Shown: positions 11,104 through 21,745, numbered from the stretch's first letter. The stretch is 25,583 nucleotides of DNA from Octopus sinensis (GCF_006345805.1 NW_021836039.1:1-25583), one strand, 5' to 3'. The notes: a model not told the origin generated them from the sequence alone. Translations and numbers: made by a program.

Positions 11104-11181
11104 GAATGTACTGATGAAGTCACGGACACTTGAATTATGCAAGTAATTCTTTTGTTAAGACCGAAACCGAGGTATGCATTT
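11104..11181 (+). ncRNA. Type I hammerhead ribozyme motif (right arm)
   Basis: Stem I gaatgta/tgcattt; CTGATGA 11111-11117; extended stem II closed by gtc/gac; GAAA 11163-11166; short stem III ACC-GA-GGT; GUA triplet 11172-11174. Confidence 0.65.
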
Positions 11182-11483
11182 AAGTCTGTTATTTATTTAA
11201 TTTTTCATATGTCCTGCCCGCCAAAGTTGGTTCTGGTGCTCGCTGAATTCTTCCTCTAGAGAATTTCCCTTGTAGTTTGATCGTTGATGATCTTCTTCTA
11301 GCATTCTGGCCGGCTACCTAGCAGGCCAGCCCTGCCAAATACACATATATTTGAATTTTCTCTGACTCTCAGATTTTTTGAATGCTGGACTACTGGTTTT
11401 AATTGATATTAAATTAATTAATTTTATTATATCCCCTCATTTTTAATATTTTATATATATATATATATACACATACATATGTA

Positions 11484-11995
11484 TATAGGTTGCAAGACGC
11501 AACGAAAATTTTAGGACAATAAAAATAAGAAAAAAGTGGGAATTTTACCGGTGAGTGTTTTACATAATAAGGCACAAAAAGAAAATGATTCTCTCCAGAC
11601 ACAACAGAATTATTGAACTTTAGTATTACAACAACCAAAAAATAGAAACACATTTTCTTATGCGAATATAGTGTTGCGTTGACAATTTCAATTTAAAGTT
11701 TTTATTCATTCTGCAAATCTTGTCCGTTGATCCCATGCTAAAAACGTCCTTATAGACATTGGTTTGAGTTTTACCTGTAGGGGTGAACATGAAAAAATTG
11801 TCTTTGCTCCCCACACTGGAACCCCAGGATATGTCTGTGTGAAAAACAAGCCTTCTCTAATTGCAAAGAAGTAACTTTGAATGTCTGATCTTGGTACTTA
11901 TCAATGGACATCGCAAGAGACTGACGTATTGGAAATCGAAGTCGTTTGAGTTCGAAGGGAATATTTGAAGGTATTAAACTTAAGTGAGGCATAAA
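11484..11995 (-). mobile_element. Helitron 3' fragment (PIF1-type helicase C-terminus plus 3' end)
   Basis: SLIPSNIPFELKRLRFPIRQSLAMSIDKYQDQTFKVTSLQLEKACFSH, then frameshifted GSKDNFFMFTPTGKTQTNVYKDVF, matching Helitron RepHel C-terminus (FP(V/I)RLAFAMTINKSQGQT...CFSHGQLYV...KTKNVVY); terminal hairpin gttgc-gtctt-gcaac. Confidence 0.85.
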
Positions 11996-12145
11996 TATAT
12001 CTTCACCTTTTCCAAGACAAAAATATTCTGGCTTCTATGATATTTCTCGTTAATTTTTTGGATTTTCTTTTCTTTTGTTATTGTCTGCTATTCATACAGG
12101 CGCACAAGAAGTGTATGAACATACACCTACTTGTGTTTATACTTC

Positions 12146-12216
<71 letters not shown>

Positions 12217-12299
12217 GTATATATACATTATGTGTGTGCGAGGAGAGAGAGAGAGAGAGAGGGGAGAGGAGAGAAAAGAGAGAATATACTATATATATA

Positions 12300-12380
12300 C
12301 AGGTACATAAAATACCTTAGGAATGTGAACTCAGGTTTCAAATTTCCCCAAGACACCTGATGAAGGCTGGAGGGTATAAA
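12300..12380 (+). mobile_element. Truncated Penelope-like remnant with half hammerhead core
   Basis: aaatttccccaagacacCTGATGAaggctggagggtata; GAAA half missing. Confidence 0.45.
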
Positions 12381-12409
12381 AATAACATCTAGAATTTCTT
12401 CCCTTGCAG

Positions 12410-12459
12410 TAATTTTAGTCGAACCAATTGACTTCATTAAAGTACATTTTTTCAGCCTG
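12410..12459 (+). CDS. Candidate plus-strand internal exon (ILVEPIDFIKVHFFSL)
   Basis: Acceptor tttcttcccttgcag, donor CTG|GTAAGT, one open frame (phase 1 in, 0 out). Confidence 0.4.
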
Positions 12460-12539
12460 GTAAGTATCCGCTCAGTTTATATATATATAATATATATATA
12501 TATTATATATATGTATATGTATATATATATACTTTGATA

Positions 12540-12800
12540 CTTTGATAGGTTTCGGCCATTATTGGCCCAGGCCATGTCTAACTTAATAGCACTTAATTCC
12601 TTAAATCGTAGTCTTCGTTTCTGCTGGGGGCTCTTTCCATAAAGAAGTTTAGCATATAGCATCTGTTTAGGGATCCTCTGATCATTAATCTAAAGAAAAT
12701 GTCCAGTCCATCATTATACTCTGTGCTTTTATAATTTGACAAATTCAACCTCTCTTCTCTGGGCAACATATTTTCCTTTTGATGCTTTTAAAATATGAAA
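12540..12800 (-). mobile_element. Degenerate RTE LINE C-terminal fragment
   Basis: WTGHFL*INDQRIPKQMLYAKLLYGKSPQQKRRLRFKE, resembling RWTGHV.RM.D.RIPKQ.LYGEL..G.R..GRP..RFKD. Confidence 0.75.
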
Positions 12801-13171
12801 ATTACTTTGACAGTCATTGACCAGAACAAGATGAAGATCTCAGTCAGTAAAGGAATTTGTCTGGGGTCTTCAAAGTTTGAAGTTATTCTTTTTAGTTTTA
12901 TAAAGTCACTAAAAGTCTTACGTTTTCTCAATTTATAGAAAACTAACACTTTTATAAATGAGTTTATTGCTACGCATTAAATGTTAAACTAAATTTGCTC
13001 CAGCTGGTCTATATAAACAGTAACCTATAGCTTTGAACAGCCTTATTATTTTGTTGTGTATTTACATGGCATATAATGTGTGAATAGAATTTCTCCCCCA
13101 GTTATCCAAGCAAAAAATCAGAAACTTATGTTATCAATTTATTTAGAAGAATTTTGTACAAAGTTTGATAC

Positions 13172-13250
13172 AAAATAATTTTGTTGTGTCTGGGGAGAGT
13201 CATTCTCTTTTAGTGCCTTATTATTTAACACACTCACCGGTAAAATTTCG
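13172..13250 (+). mobile_element. Helitron-associated subterminal segment, third copy
   Basis: aattttgttgtgtctggggagagtcattctcttttagtgccttattatttaacacactcaccggtaaaatt matches reverse complement of 11540-11620. Confidence 0.7.
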
Positions 13251-14138
13251 TTTTGCTTTAATAGTAATTATCAATTTCTGAATAAAGTTCCTTTTTATCT
13301 AATTTAAATATCTTGATTATTTAATTTGAAAACAATCAGGTTTGTTCACTTCTATCACAAAAGAATCCAATAAAAAGTGGAGAATACTTATGAGTCTTCC
13401 TTTCCAATCCCACAAAAGTCTGCTCGGTAGAGCTTCCTGTCACATCTTATAATGTACATAAGGGTCTCATGTGTTTTACTTATTTAATCTTGGTCTCTGC
13501 TGTAAGAACTTGAAATCTAATTTCAAATTAAAATAACAGTGGAGTAATATGAAGGTAAATATTGTAAGGAAGAATTGTACTCTTCCTTTATCTGAAGTTA
13601 TTCAAAAAGAGGGAGACACTGTGGCTTTTCCACAATCACATGCAATTAAAACACACAATGTTTTGCCAGATTTTTCAGCACAGCTATTGTTTAATTATAA
13701 TTTTTTTTTATTATTTTCATATGTATAATAGTGAAGTTTTATTTTTACTGACGAAATTTCAGTAATTAGTAAATAACGAAGGTCATAAAGTAAGAATATA
13801 AAATTAGAATATTGTATATTGCACTCAAACCCCCTGAATTTTTATTCAACCACCACCACTTTGGAGAGGCCTGTCTTAAACCACAACAGGACAAAGTGAG
13901 ATATATCCTTAGATACATCATGTATTATATAGAAATACTATCTCTATAGGATATATAAAGGGAAAAGACATCAATATATATATATACCAGGCATTCTACT
14001 CTCAGCTAAAAATGAAGGTAGATAGCTATCAATATAGCAGAAGATATTAAAGCTGTCTATATAACAATGGGGTTGTTTAGGGAGGGGATTAGATATACAA
14101 CAACAGCAACAACAATAATGAACATTTCAAAGTTTGTC

Positions 14139-14144
14139 TTTATT
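14139..14144 (-). terminator. Candidate polyadenylation signal of the RING-death domain gene
   Basis: AATAAA on minus strand about 240 nt after the stop at 14386. Confidence 0.35.
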
Positions 14145-14385
14145 TTAAATGTGAATTTTAACAAAGGAGCCAAACCAGTGAATGGATCACTATGTGGCTG
14201 ATATACCTGCTAGAATTAGTAGCTAAATTCACACGATATCACTGTACAGAAGGGCATATTGGACAATGTGGTTGTGGGTTCTCTTTGGAAATAGGCATGA
14301 TGGTCCTGGCTGGAATGCGTTTGATCATAAGTCTCTGTTTGGTCAAGGTTAATCTGAGGCTAAACAACAACAGTTACACAGAAAT

Positions 14386-14582
14386 TCACTTTGCGTCTAA
14401 TGACAGACATTCCATCGCAGCGAAACATTCAGCTTCTTCAAGAGCTGCACTTAATGTTGCGTGTGTCCGTGTTTCTGGGTCGCAATTTTTGACCATTCGT
14501 AAAGCATCAGGTAGCCTTGTTTTAACGTCACATAGACTCATCATCATTTTCAGTTTAGTTGTATCAACTCCTAAAACAATCG
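14386..14582 (-). CDS. RING-death domain gene, terminal exon (death domain remainder)
   Basis: Acceptor gtgtcttttgcag; phase 1 in; (A)IVLGVDTTKLKMMMSLCDVKTRLPDALRMVKNCDPETRTHATLSAALEEAECFAAMECLSLDAK*; LGV...T...L..AL pattern of death domains. Confidence 0.8.
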
Positions 14583-14829
14583 CTGCAAAAGACACAACAA
14601 TAAGAAATAAATGCAACAACATCAACAATATTAACAATAATATAAAAGATGTGTGTTGTTATAAACATAACAAAGAAACTATTTCAAGAGAGAAATATAA
14701 AAAAATAGCTAAGAAACAAGAAAAATATAAGACATTGTTTTCTATTTCTAGGGATGATGAGAAAAATAACAAAGTGGTTAAATTAATGGAGATTTTTAAA
14801 AAAAATTAATTAAAGTTTACACTTGAGAA

Positions 14830-15390
14830 TCTTTTAAGGTAAACCGATGGCAGATGTGTTTGTGAAGGCAAAAGTGTATGAGAACCTAAAGAATCAACAT
14901 AGGGTACCAACAGGCAAACCATTTGATCCATTCATTTCCTCTGCTCAATATTTCTGGGAGAGTTGTGGGGATAGAGTCCCCAGGCATTTCTTCCATAGGG
15001 GCCTATCAGATGTAACCATCATTACATATTTTGGTTGGATTCCCAAGCATCAACAACTAAGTCTATGGATATCATCCAACTATTTAGTGCTTGGTCTACC
15101 CCTGGGTCTCCTACTCCATTGGTTTGACTTTGAGAACCTGTCTTGTAATTCATTCCTGCGACATTCTGATCACATGTCCTAGGTACCAGAGATGTGAAGA
15201 AGTGGCTCAACCTGGAGAGACTCCCAGATCTCTGAACTATACATCCTATTGGGTAACATTACTCCAGAGACCCTTCAGAGAAATCCCATATATCTGTCTT
15301 AATCTGGCAGATTTCAGATCTGATATTCAAAGGGTCATGAAAGTAATGTCTCTCTGTGAAATCAATCACCTTGCAAAGTTCCCAAAATGA
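14830..15390 (-). mobile_element. Degenerate RTE LINE 3' part
   Basis: LWYLGHVIRMSQE*ITRQVL...RRPRGRPSTK*LDDI across a frameshift. Confidence 0.7.
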
Positions 15391-16085
15391 CACTGAAAAT
15401 CAAATGAATAATGATAGACCAACAGTCGATTATTCTCAGTCAAATTCAATCCTTTTTGAATCTACTCCAGATTCAATCAATTCTCCTGAACCCATTCAGT
15501 TATTCTTATGTCTCAGTGAGAGAGAGACCAGCCATGGTCTGGCTTCACTTGTGAATATTCATTTTCTGTCAAATTTCCTTAAATTCATTCTCTCTTTTTG
15601 GATGTGGGGAATATGATATGATTTGGCTGTGTCACCCCTATACTAAGTCTGTTTTTACTGAAGCATTTACAAACATATGTCATATGGTAAAGTCATTCAA
15701 ATATGGCAATATAAATTGCAATTATCACTTTCAAACACAATAACCCAATCCCTAATGGCTTCAAGAAGACCCTAACTCATGGTCTTTTGATGGAATAAAG
15801 ACGAACCAAAAACGTTGACATTAACTCAGCTGTTACCCTTAACATATTTTTCTTCTTTCTTCCAATATTAAATGCTACTTGTATTTTCTTGTGTATCCAT
15901 AATTACCAACCTCAGAGGATACTTTATGAAATACCAGTAATATCATTAATAGAATTTATTTTGCAGCTAACCATTCCACTGGAAATTAGGAATGTAACCT
16001 GTTCTCTTTCATCCTGACAAATGAAATAGCTCAGGTGAATGTAAAATTTATAGAAATCAATTAGGTAGTGTAATTTTATACTCAC

Positions 16086-16157
16086 CGACTTGCCACCAAT
16101 CTCTTCCTAACCTCTTAGCCACTCTCAGAAGATCCTTCTCCTTCAGCTCTGGACTCC
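16086..16157 (-). CDS. RING-death domain gene, death domain N-terminal exon (72 nt, phase 1-1)
   Basis: atttatttcag acceptor, G|GTGAGT donor; (G)SPELKEKDLLRVAKRLGRDWWQV(A), typical death-domain helix 1-2 (L..VA..LG.DW..). Confidence 0.85.
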
Positions 16158-16390
16158 CTGAAATAAATATTTCCAAATTTTATAATTTATACTAAATTTC
16201 TTAATCTTTATTCTTGAGCCATGCTTATCATCAATGGTTAACTGGTGACCACTATGATTTTGGTCAACCTTTTTAATCTATGTAATAGCTCAATATTTTG
16301 GTCCACAACAAAATAGATTAAACTTCTTAAACTTCGTCTCTCTATCAAGACATCCTACATAATCTAACAATGTTGTATTTATCACATTTA

Positions 16391-17334
16391 ATTAGTTAGT
16401 TAGTTAGTTAGTTAGTTAATTTGGTTCAAAAGCAAATAGCAAGGTCATGTAGGGGGACATGGAGTTAAGTACAGGGTGGTGTTCATGTAAAGAGTTCAGG
16501 ACACTAGAGGTCAAGGGAGGCTTTGAACAAAGCGGTCGTCGGCATCTTCACCATCTCGTCTGGCAGCTTGTTCCACGGATCCGCAACCCGGACGGAGAAA
16601 GCTCCTCTCCTTCGATTGAGATGAAATCGTCGCAGGTAGAGCTTTTCGGAATGACCCCGCAGCCGACACTCTGGAGCAGGAGTGAAGAACAGCTCTTTCG
16701 AGAGGTTACACTTTCCGCTTATGATGTTGTGGGCGAGAATGAGATCACCACGGCGGCGGCGTTTTTCAAGAGAATAAAGGTCGAGCGTCCTCAGCCTTTC
16801 TTCATAGGACAAATTTTTGAGACCATGAACCATGCGGGTAGCCAGCTTCTGGACTCTTTCGAGATGCTGTATGTCTTTGAGGAGATAGGGAGAAGAGGCT
16901 TGAATCCCGTACTCCAATATGGGTCTCACCAGCGTGACATAGAGTGGTAGGAATATGGCTGCTGTGAGCATTCCGAATGACCGTCGAATCAAGAACAGAA
17001 TTCCGCGTGCTTTGTTGGCAGCATGGACGCACTGGGCCGAAGGCGAAAAGGAGGAATCCACCAAGATACCCAGGTCCTTTACCTGATCAGTCCTTTCCAG
17101 CAGCAGATGACCCGGCTCGAAATCAAGTTGAGTTGCAGGAGGAGAGCCAACAGGCAGATGACAGCACTTTGACACGTTCAGACACAGGTCCCATTCGTTA
17201 GACCACTTCCAAATTTGGTGGAGGCATCGACGAAGATCCTCTATATCACCGCGAGGAGCGACCAGTTTGATATCGTCGGCAAATAGAAGGGTGTGTTGCG
17301 TGAGGTCGTCGGGCAAGTCATTTATGAAGACCAG
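16391..17334 (-). mobile_element. 5'-truncated CR1-clade LINE, apparently young
   Basis: 270 uninterrupted codons FINDLPDD...LFADDIKL...VKDLGILVD...LVRPILEY...LERVQKLATR...RRRRGDLI...FSVRVADPWNKLP; short 3' UTR; (AACT)n tail 16391-16419. Confidence 0.95.
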
Positions 17335-17459
17335 TTGATAAGACTATTTTTCTCACAGTTCTCTATTTCCCTTCTTATATCTGTACCAAACCTGTGACAT
17401 GACTTCACTCACCAACATTTTTCTCATCTTCTGCTTAATTCTAATGTCAACAAGGTGTT

Positions 17460-18340
17460 TTCCAAAGACCTAATCCACAAATACACGGCAGACAAATTCA
17501 TGTAGGATAAACATACACCTGACATCTTTGTTAAGGGTTGATGTTGGTAATCTTGAATCGTAACTCCGCACATCCCAGTTCACAAGAACATCATCTGATT
17601 CAGGAAATATTTTAAGACTCCTTAATAAAGAAGTTCTTTAAAACCCTTTATTCCCCAAAAGTTTTGGCTTATCTATTGCTTATAAGATGTCTTCTTTTTG
17701 TGCTATTATCTCGATGCCTCTACTCTTGTGGGACAATGAGGTAGTGTACCATCACCCTAAACAGTTTCTCTTTAACCTTTGACATGCTTTCTTCTGCTAC
17801 TTTGAATTTCACTTATTTCTGCTGAGCTTTGGCCAATGACGGCAACATTTATTTGCCTTCAACCCTATTCTTGACCAACTAATTAATTAATACAGTCTAT
17901 TCAGAACTATTTGCATATCCTTTTGCTCTGTTGTTTGTGTTGTTATGTCATCCATTAATGTCGTCTTAGGGGACTTCACTCGAGTTATTTCTACTGATCA
18001 ATCTGCTGATCTAATAAACATTTCCATAACAAGTACAAACAAAATGACTGATATTGTGCAACCCACGGCAATTCCAGTCTCAAGACGATGCGAGTCTGTT
18101 GTGAAATATTCTGTCCTGAAGCGCATTTTGAAATTATTACAGCAACTCTTCATTAGATTCTTAATCTTTTCTCGTATATAAAAGACGTCCGTTGTTTTCA
18201 GCAACAATTCGTGTAGTACAGAACGATAAGCATTAACCTGATCAAGCCATACAACATTCAAATCGCTTTTGTTCTTCTTTGTATCTTGTATCGCATCCCA
18301 GATTCAAAATGCAAGTTCCACACATTCAGGGATTCCTGTC
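17460..18340 (-). mobile_element. Degenerate non-LTR retrotransposon RT, Hero/R2-superfamily-like
   Basis: GIPECVELAF*IWDAIQDTKKNKSDLNVVWLDQVNAYRSV...GIAVGCTISVILFVLVME...LMDDITT...LISWSRIGLKANK...AIDKPKLLGNK. Confidence 0.75.
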
Positions 18341-18565
18341 TTCTCTCTTTTACTCTTTACTCTTTTATTTGTTTCAGTCAGTTGACTGTGGCCATGCTGG
18401 AGCACCGACTTTAGTCGGGCATATCGATCCCAGGACTTATTCTTTGTAAGCCTGGTACTTATTCTATTGGTCTCTTTTCTCGAACAAATAAGTTACGGGG
18501 ACGTAAACAAACCAGCATCGGTTGTCAAGTGATGTTGGGGGAACAAGCACAGACACACAACATAT

Positions 18566-18614
<49 letters not shown>

Positions 18615-18768
18615 ACGAGTTTATTTCTGTTTCCGTCTACCAAATCCACTCACAAGGCCTTGGTCGGCCCGAGGCTATAGTAGAAGACATTTGTCCAAGG
18701 TGCCACGCAGTGGGACTGAACCCGGAACCATGTGGTCGGTAAGCAAGCTACTTACCACACAGACACTC
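18341..18768 (-). mobile_element. Near full-length SINE family A with internal (TA)n
   Basis: tRNA-like head, body, internal microsatellite and (AAGAGTA)-like tail; closely similar to 24963-25377. Confidence 0.9.
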
Positions 18769-19209
18769 TTTAATAGAATTACTTTACAGTTAAACTTTCA
18801 AAAAACGCAATTTGTTACATTATTGAGAGACATTCCTTCCTTGCAATGGTCAATTGGTAACCATTATGATTTTGGTCCACATTTTTCTAGTTTCTGTTCA
18901 CCTGTTTACCCCTAAACAACAACATATCTTAGTTCTTGGTTCCAAAAGACAATATTAACTCTATTGTGTTTTCTAATTTATCCCTTTTTCCATCCAAGGC
19001 AACAAAGATTTTATGAAATTTCAGCGATATATTTCATCGACTCCTTTTGCAGCTAACATTTCAAATGGAAATTAGAGATGGGCCCTGTTCTCAGTCCTTC
19101 TGACAAACAAAACAGCTCAGGGAGTGGAGAATTTATAGGAATCAGTTAGGTACATTGATTTCTATAAATTTTTCCATCGCCTGTGTTTTATGGAAACGAA
19201 TTGGTCATA

Positions 19210-19430
19210 GCAAGTGGAGGCGCCGGGCTTAATGGTTAGGGTATTTGACTCATGATTGTAAGATTGGGGTTTCGATTCCTTCACCAGGCAATACGTTGCG
19301 TTCTTGAGCAAAACACTTCCGTCCACTCAGCTGGCAAAAATAAGTAATCTTACAGCGAACTAGTGTCCTGTTCAGGGAGGAATGTATACGCTAGAGAAAC
19401 CGGGAAACCAACCCTATGCCTCTTATGGGA
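19210..19430 (+). mobile_element. tRNA-derived SINE, third family
   Basis: Head ggcttaatggttaggg...ggtttcgattcc, then gttcttgagcaaaacactt...cagctggcaaaaataagta; absent from the paralogous segment near 16070. Confidence 0.7.
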
Positions 19431-19463
19431 TAACATAATTAGGTACAGTTATTTCATACTCAC

Positions 19464-19514
19464 CAACTGGTCCTGCCACCATCTGGACTTCCATCTTTGA
19501 CGAATTTGGACCAA
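19464..19514 (-). CDS. RING-death domain gene, 51-nt linker exon (phase 1-1)
   Basis: gtatttttcag acceptor, TTG|GTGAGT donor; (V)GPNSSKMEVQMVAGPV(G); paralogous to exon 16086-16157. Confidence 0.55.
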
Positions 19515-20008
19515 CTGAAAAATACATTTCAAAGTGGTTTTAGTAAAATTTCTTTATCCTTTCTAATAATCGATATTTTATTATTGTGAGACATTCGTGT
19601 CATCACTGATGACAACATGCTTTTGGAGAACATTTGTATGCTTTCTACAGTGGGGCCAAGAAATGGTTCACTATTTGAGTCCACAACAGAATAGACTACA
19701 CTTAACAACCCTTCTCTGTCTCTTAAGTCATCCAACAATTCTAACAATTCTGAAATTATCTCATTTAATTATCCCCTAATAACCGATTGTCTCTTAGCTT
19801 CTTTTGGGTTTTCTTATGTTTGTGCTAGATCTATGACAAGACATCTCTAATCAACATTCGTCTCATCTTCTGCTTAAATCCAGTGTCAACCAAGTTGAGC
19901 ATCGAAGTCCTAGCCTCAAACGCGACACACCACTTCCAGACGGATATATATCTATATCTATCTATTTGTTTTGCAAGATTTTTGATGTGAAATGGTGTGT
20001 TGAAACAG

Positions 20009-20510
20009 ATATTGTTGTATTTAGGAATGGTCATTTTGCCAGTTTTGCGAATAAAAACACACGCACTATATATTTAGTGTTACTTTGCTTCAGCGTTATC
20101 TATTTTTTACTTTAATCTTAATCTTATTTCGGCAAGAGTTCTTCCGTCACACTTCTGTGACCTCATCAGTGGTCCTTTGCTTTCTTCTTTCTTATTTGTG
20201 TGTCTCTCCTTACTAACCATCAACCATTTTGTATTTTGTATTCCTATTGTACGTGTCCTCATTTGTGCATGCGTATACCTCTATGTGTGTCTATGTTTAG
20301 TTAGTGTGCGTGGGGGGGGGGTGAAGTGCCTGTAATATTTGTATCTTCTGTTTATATACGTACGTGTAATTTGTTTTTGCTTTTGGCCGAAATAAGATTA
20401 AGATTAATGTAAAAAATAAATAAGACTGAAGCAAAGTAACACCAAATATATAGTGCGTGTGTTTTTATTGGCTAAACTGGCAAAATGACCATTCCCAAAA
20501 ACAACAATAT
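20009..20510. mobile_element. Inverted-repeat element with ~125-bp arms (20009-20133, 20386-20510), Penelope-like
   Basis: Arms are diverged reverse complements; minus strand has CTGATGA (20163-20169) and GAAA (20127-20130) flanking two hairpins, but no stem I partner found. Confidence 0.6.
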
Positions 20511-21272
20511 ATCTATCTATCTATCTCTCTCTCTCTATATATATATATATATAGATAGATATATATGTATATATATATATACACTTGCTCTCTTTGTTAT
20601 TGGTTACTACTAGTAATCTTTAATTTTAATTACCCGCATCACAGTTCTCCAGAATGTAATCAGATGTGGGGAATATCTGAAGATATTTCAATGTCATTCA
20701 TCCTCCTGAATAAAGCAGGTCGAACAGAAAGTGACATCAGGTCTAACAGGAAGTGATATCTTGTGTCCTAAATTAACACACTACATTCACACAAAACCTC
20801 ATTAACGACATAAAACTTGTCATCCACACATTATTGCTGTGAAAATATTTGAAACGGTTCAGAAGAACTGATACTCGGGAATACTAATCTATACATCAAT
20901 CAAAGTTTCCCCACCCTTTTGATGTCCCCTCTCTAATGTTGGCCCCTAAACCCTCAGTTGAGATTTTTCTTATTGACTCTCTTATTTTATAAAAGCTCAC
21001 TTTGATATTCATATAAATGCAGTTGTTTTTAATTATCAGCTTCCGAAGATATTGATAAATCATTAATCACTCTAATCACACACAAGATGTCGGTATTTAC
21101 TGATAGAACCTTGGTGATTTATTGGCATTTAGTCACCATTTATAATTCAGTATTCTTTATTATTTTTATGTTGCAGAAAGTAGCCATCTTGAAGTGTGAC
21201 AAGTCTTCTAATTGGACAAGAACAATGTTTAGTGGGAGTAGTGAGAGACATAATATGACAGAGAAAAGACAC

Positions 21273-21320
21273 CTGGAACATCTTTTATCAAAAGTGTGCT
21301 TGAATATCGCAAAACTGGAT
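21273..21320 (-). CDS. Candidate 48-nt linker exon of the RING-death domain gene (phase 1-1)
   Basis: ttgttgtgtag acceptor after a 78-nt intron; (D)PVLRYSSTLLIKDVP; donor CAG|GTGTCT is weak. Confidence 0.35.
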
Positions 21321-21398
21321 CTACACAACAACATGAGATACAATATTCCACACCATAAAGCCTATGAGACAAACAGACAGATCATACAGTATTCTTAC

Positions 21399-21541
21399 CC
21401 AAACTATTTTTGCTCGTTATATTCTGTCTACACATAGGGCATCGTTTAGGTATCTTTGGGAGACAGCATTTCTTACACAGCGAAAGATGTCTACATGGAA
21501 AGAACGTCTCTGTGGCCACTTCGTCTTCACAAAACACACAT
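21399..21541 (-). CDS. RING-death domain gene, RING finger exon (C3HC4, IAP/MIB/MUL1-like subtype)
   Basis: tttttgttcctcag acceptor, TGG|GTAAGA donor; CVFCEDEVATETFFPCRHLSLCKKCCLPKIPKRCPMCRQNI = C-x2-C-x11-C-x-H-x3-C-x2-C-x8-C-x2-C. Confidence 0.9.
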
Positions 21542-21612
21542 CTGAGGAACAAAAACATGAACACATCCCATTAATAACATTCATTTATAACAAATATTAC
21601 ATTGTGTGCATA

Positions 21613-21745
21613 TTTACAGTAGAGAATATTATGCGACACCACAATTAAACAATTACATATGGGCGAATTTGTGAGTATATAAATGCAGACACAGACACAC
21701 ACACAAACACACGCACACACACACACACACACATAGACACACACA

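Larger units (their letters stand above)
10589..11338. mobile_element. Inverted-repeat element: 240-bp arms (10589-10828, 11099-11338) around a 270-bp spacer; Penelope-like/retrozyme-like
   Basis: Arms are reverse complements with only 2 mismatches seen; each carries a hammerhead motif; possible ATA target duplication. Confidence 0.8.

Noticed and set aside
13549-13728. 59-codon plus-strand ORF MKVNIVRKNCTLPLSEVIQKEGD...
   Set aside because: No recognisable motif or splice support; within chance expectation
14583-14637. Apparent signal peptide MLILLMLLHLFLIVVSFA on ORF 14386-14637
   Set aside because: It is the intronic T-rich tract ending in ttttgcag; the exon joins in phase to the upstream death-domain exon
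17540-17680. Penelope-type RT motif (SDDVLVNWDVRSY)
   Set aside because: Flanking frames continue the Hero-like RT from 18340; resemblance judged coincidental
19058-19099. 42-nt phase 1-1 candidate exon (GLRTGPISNFHLK)
   Set aside because: Weak donor AT|GTTAGC; paralogous position near 15970-16012 gives no matching support
19529-19747. 72-aa minus ORF LLELLDDLRDREG... with an acceptor-like site
   Set aside because: No convincing donor; lies in duplicated intron whose paralogue (16200-16390) does not keep the frame
21177-21293. Plus-strand exon KVAILKCDKSSNW...HLLSK after a strong acceptor
   Set aside because: No strong donor, phase does not join the 51-nt cassette, and it overlaps a minus-strand candidate exon; kept only as weak support
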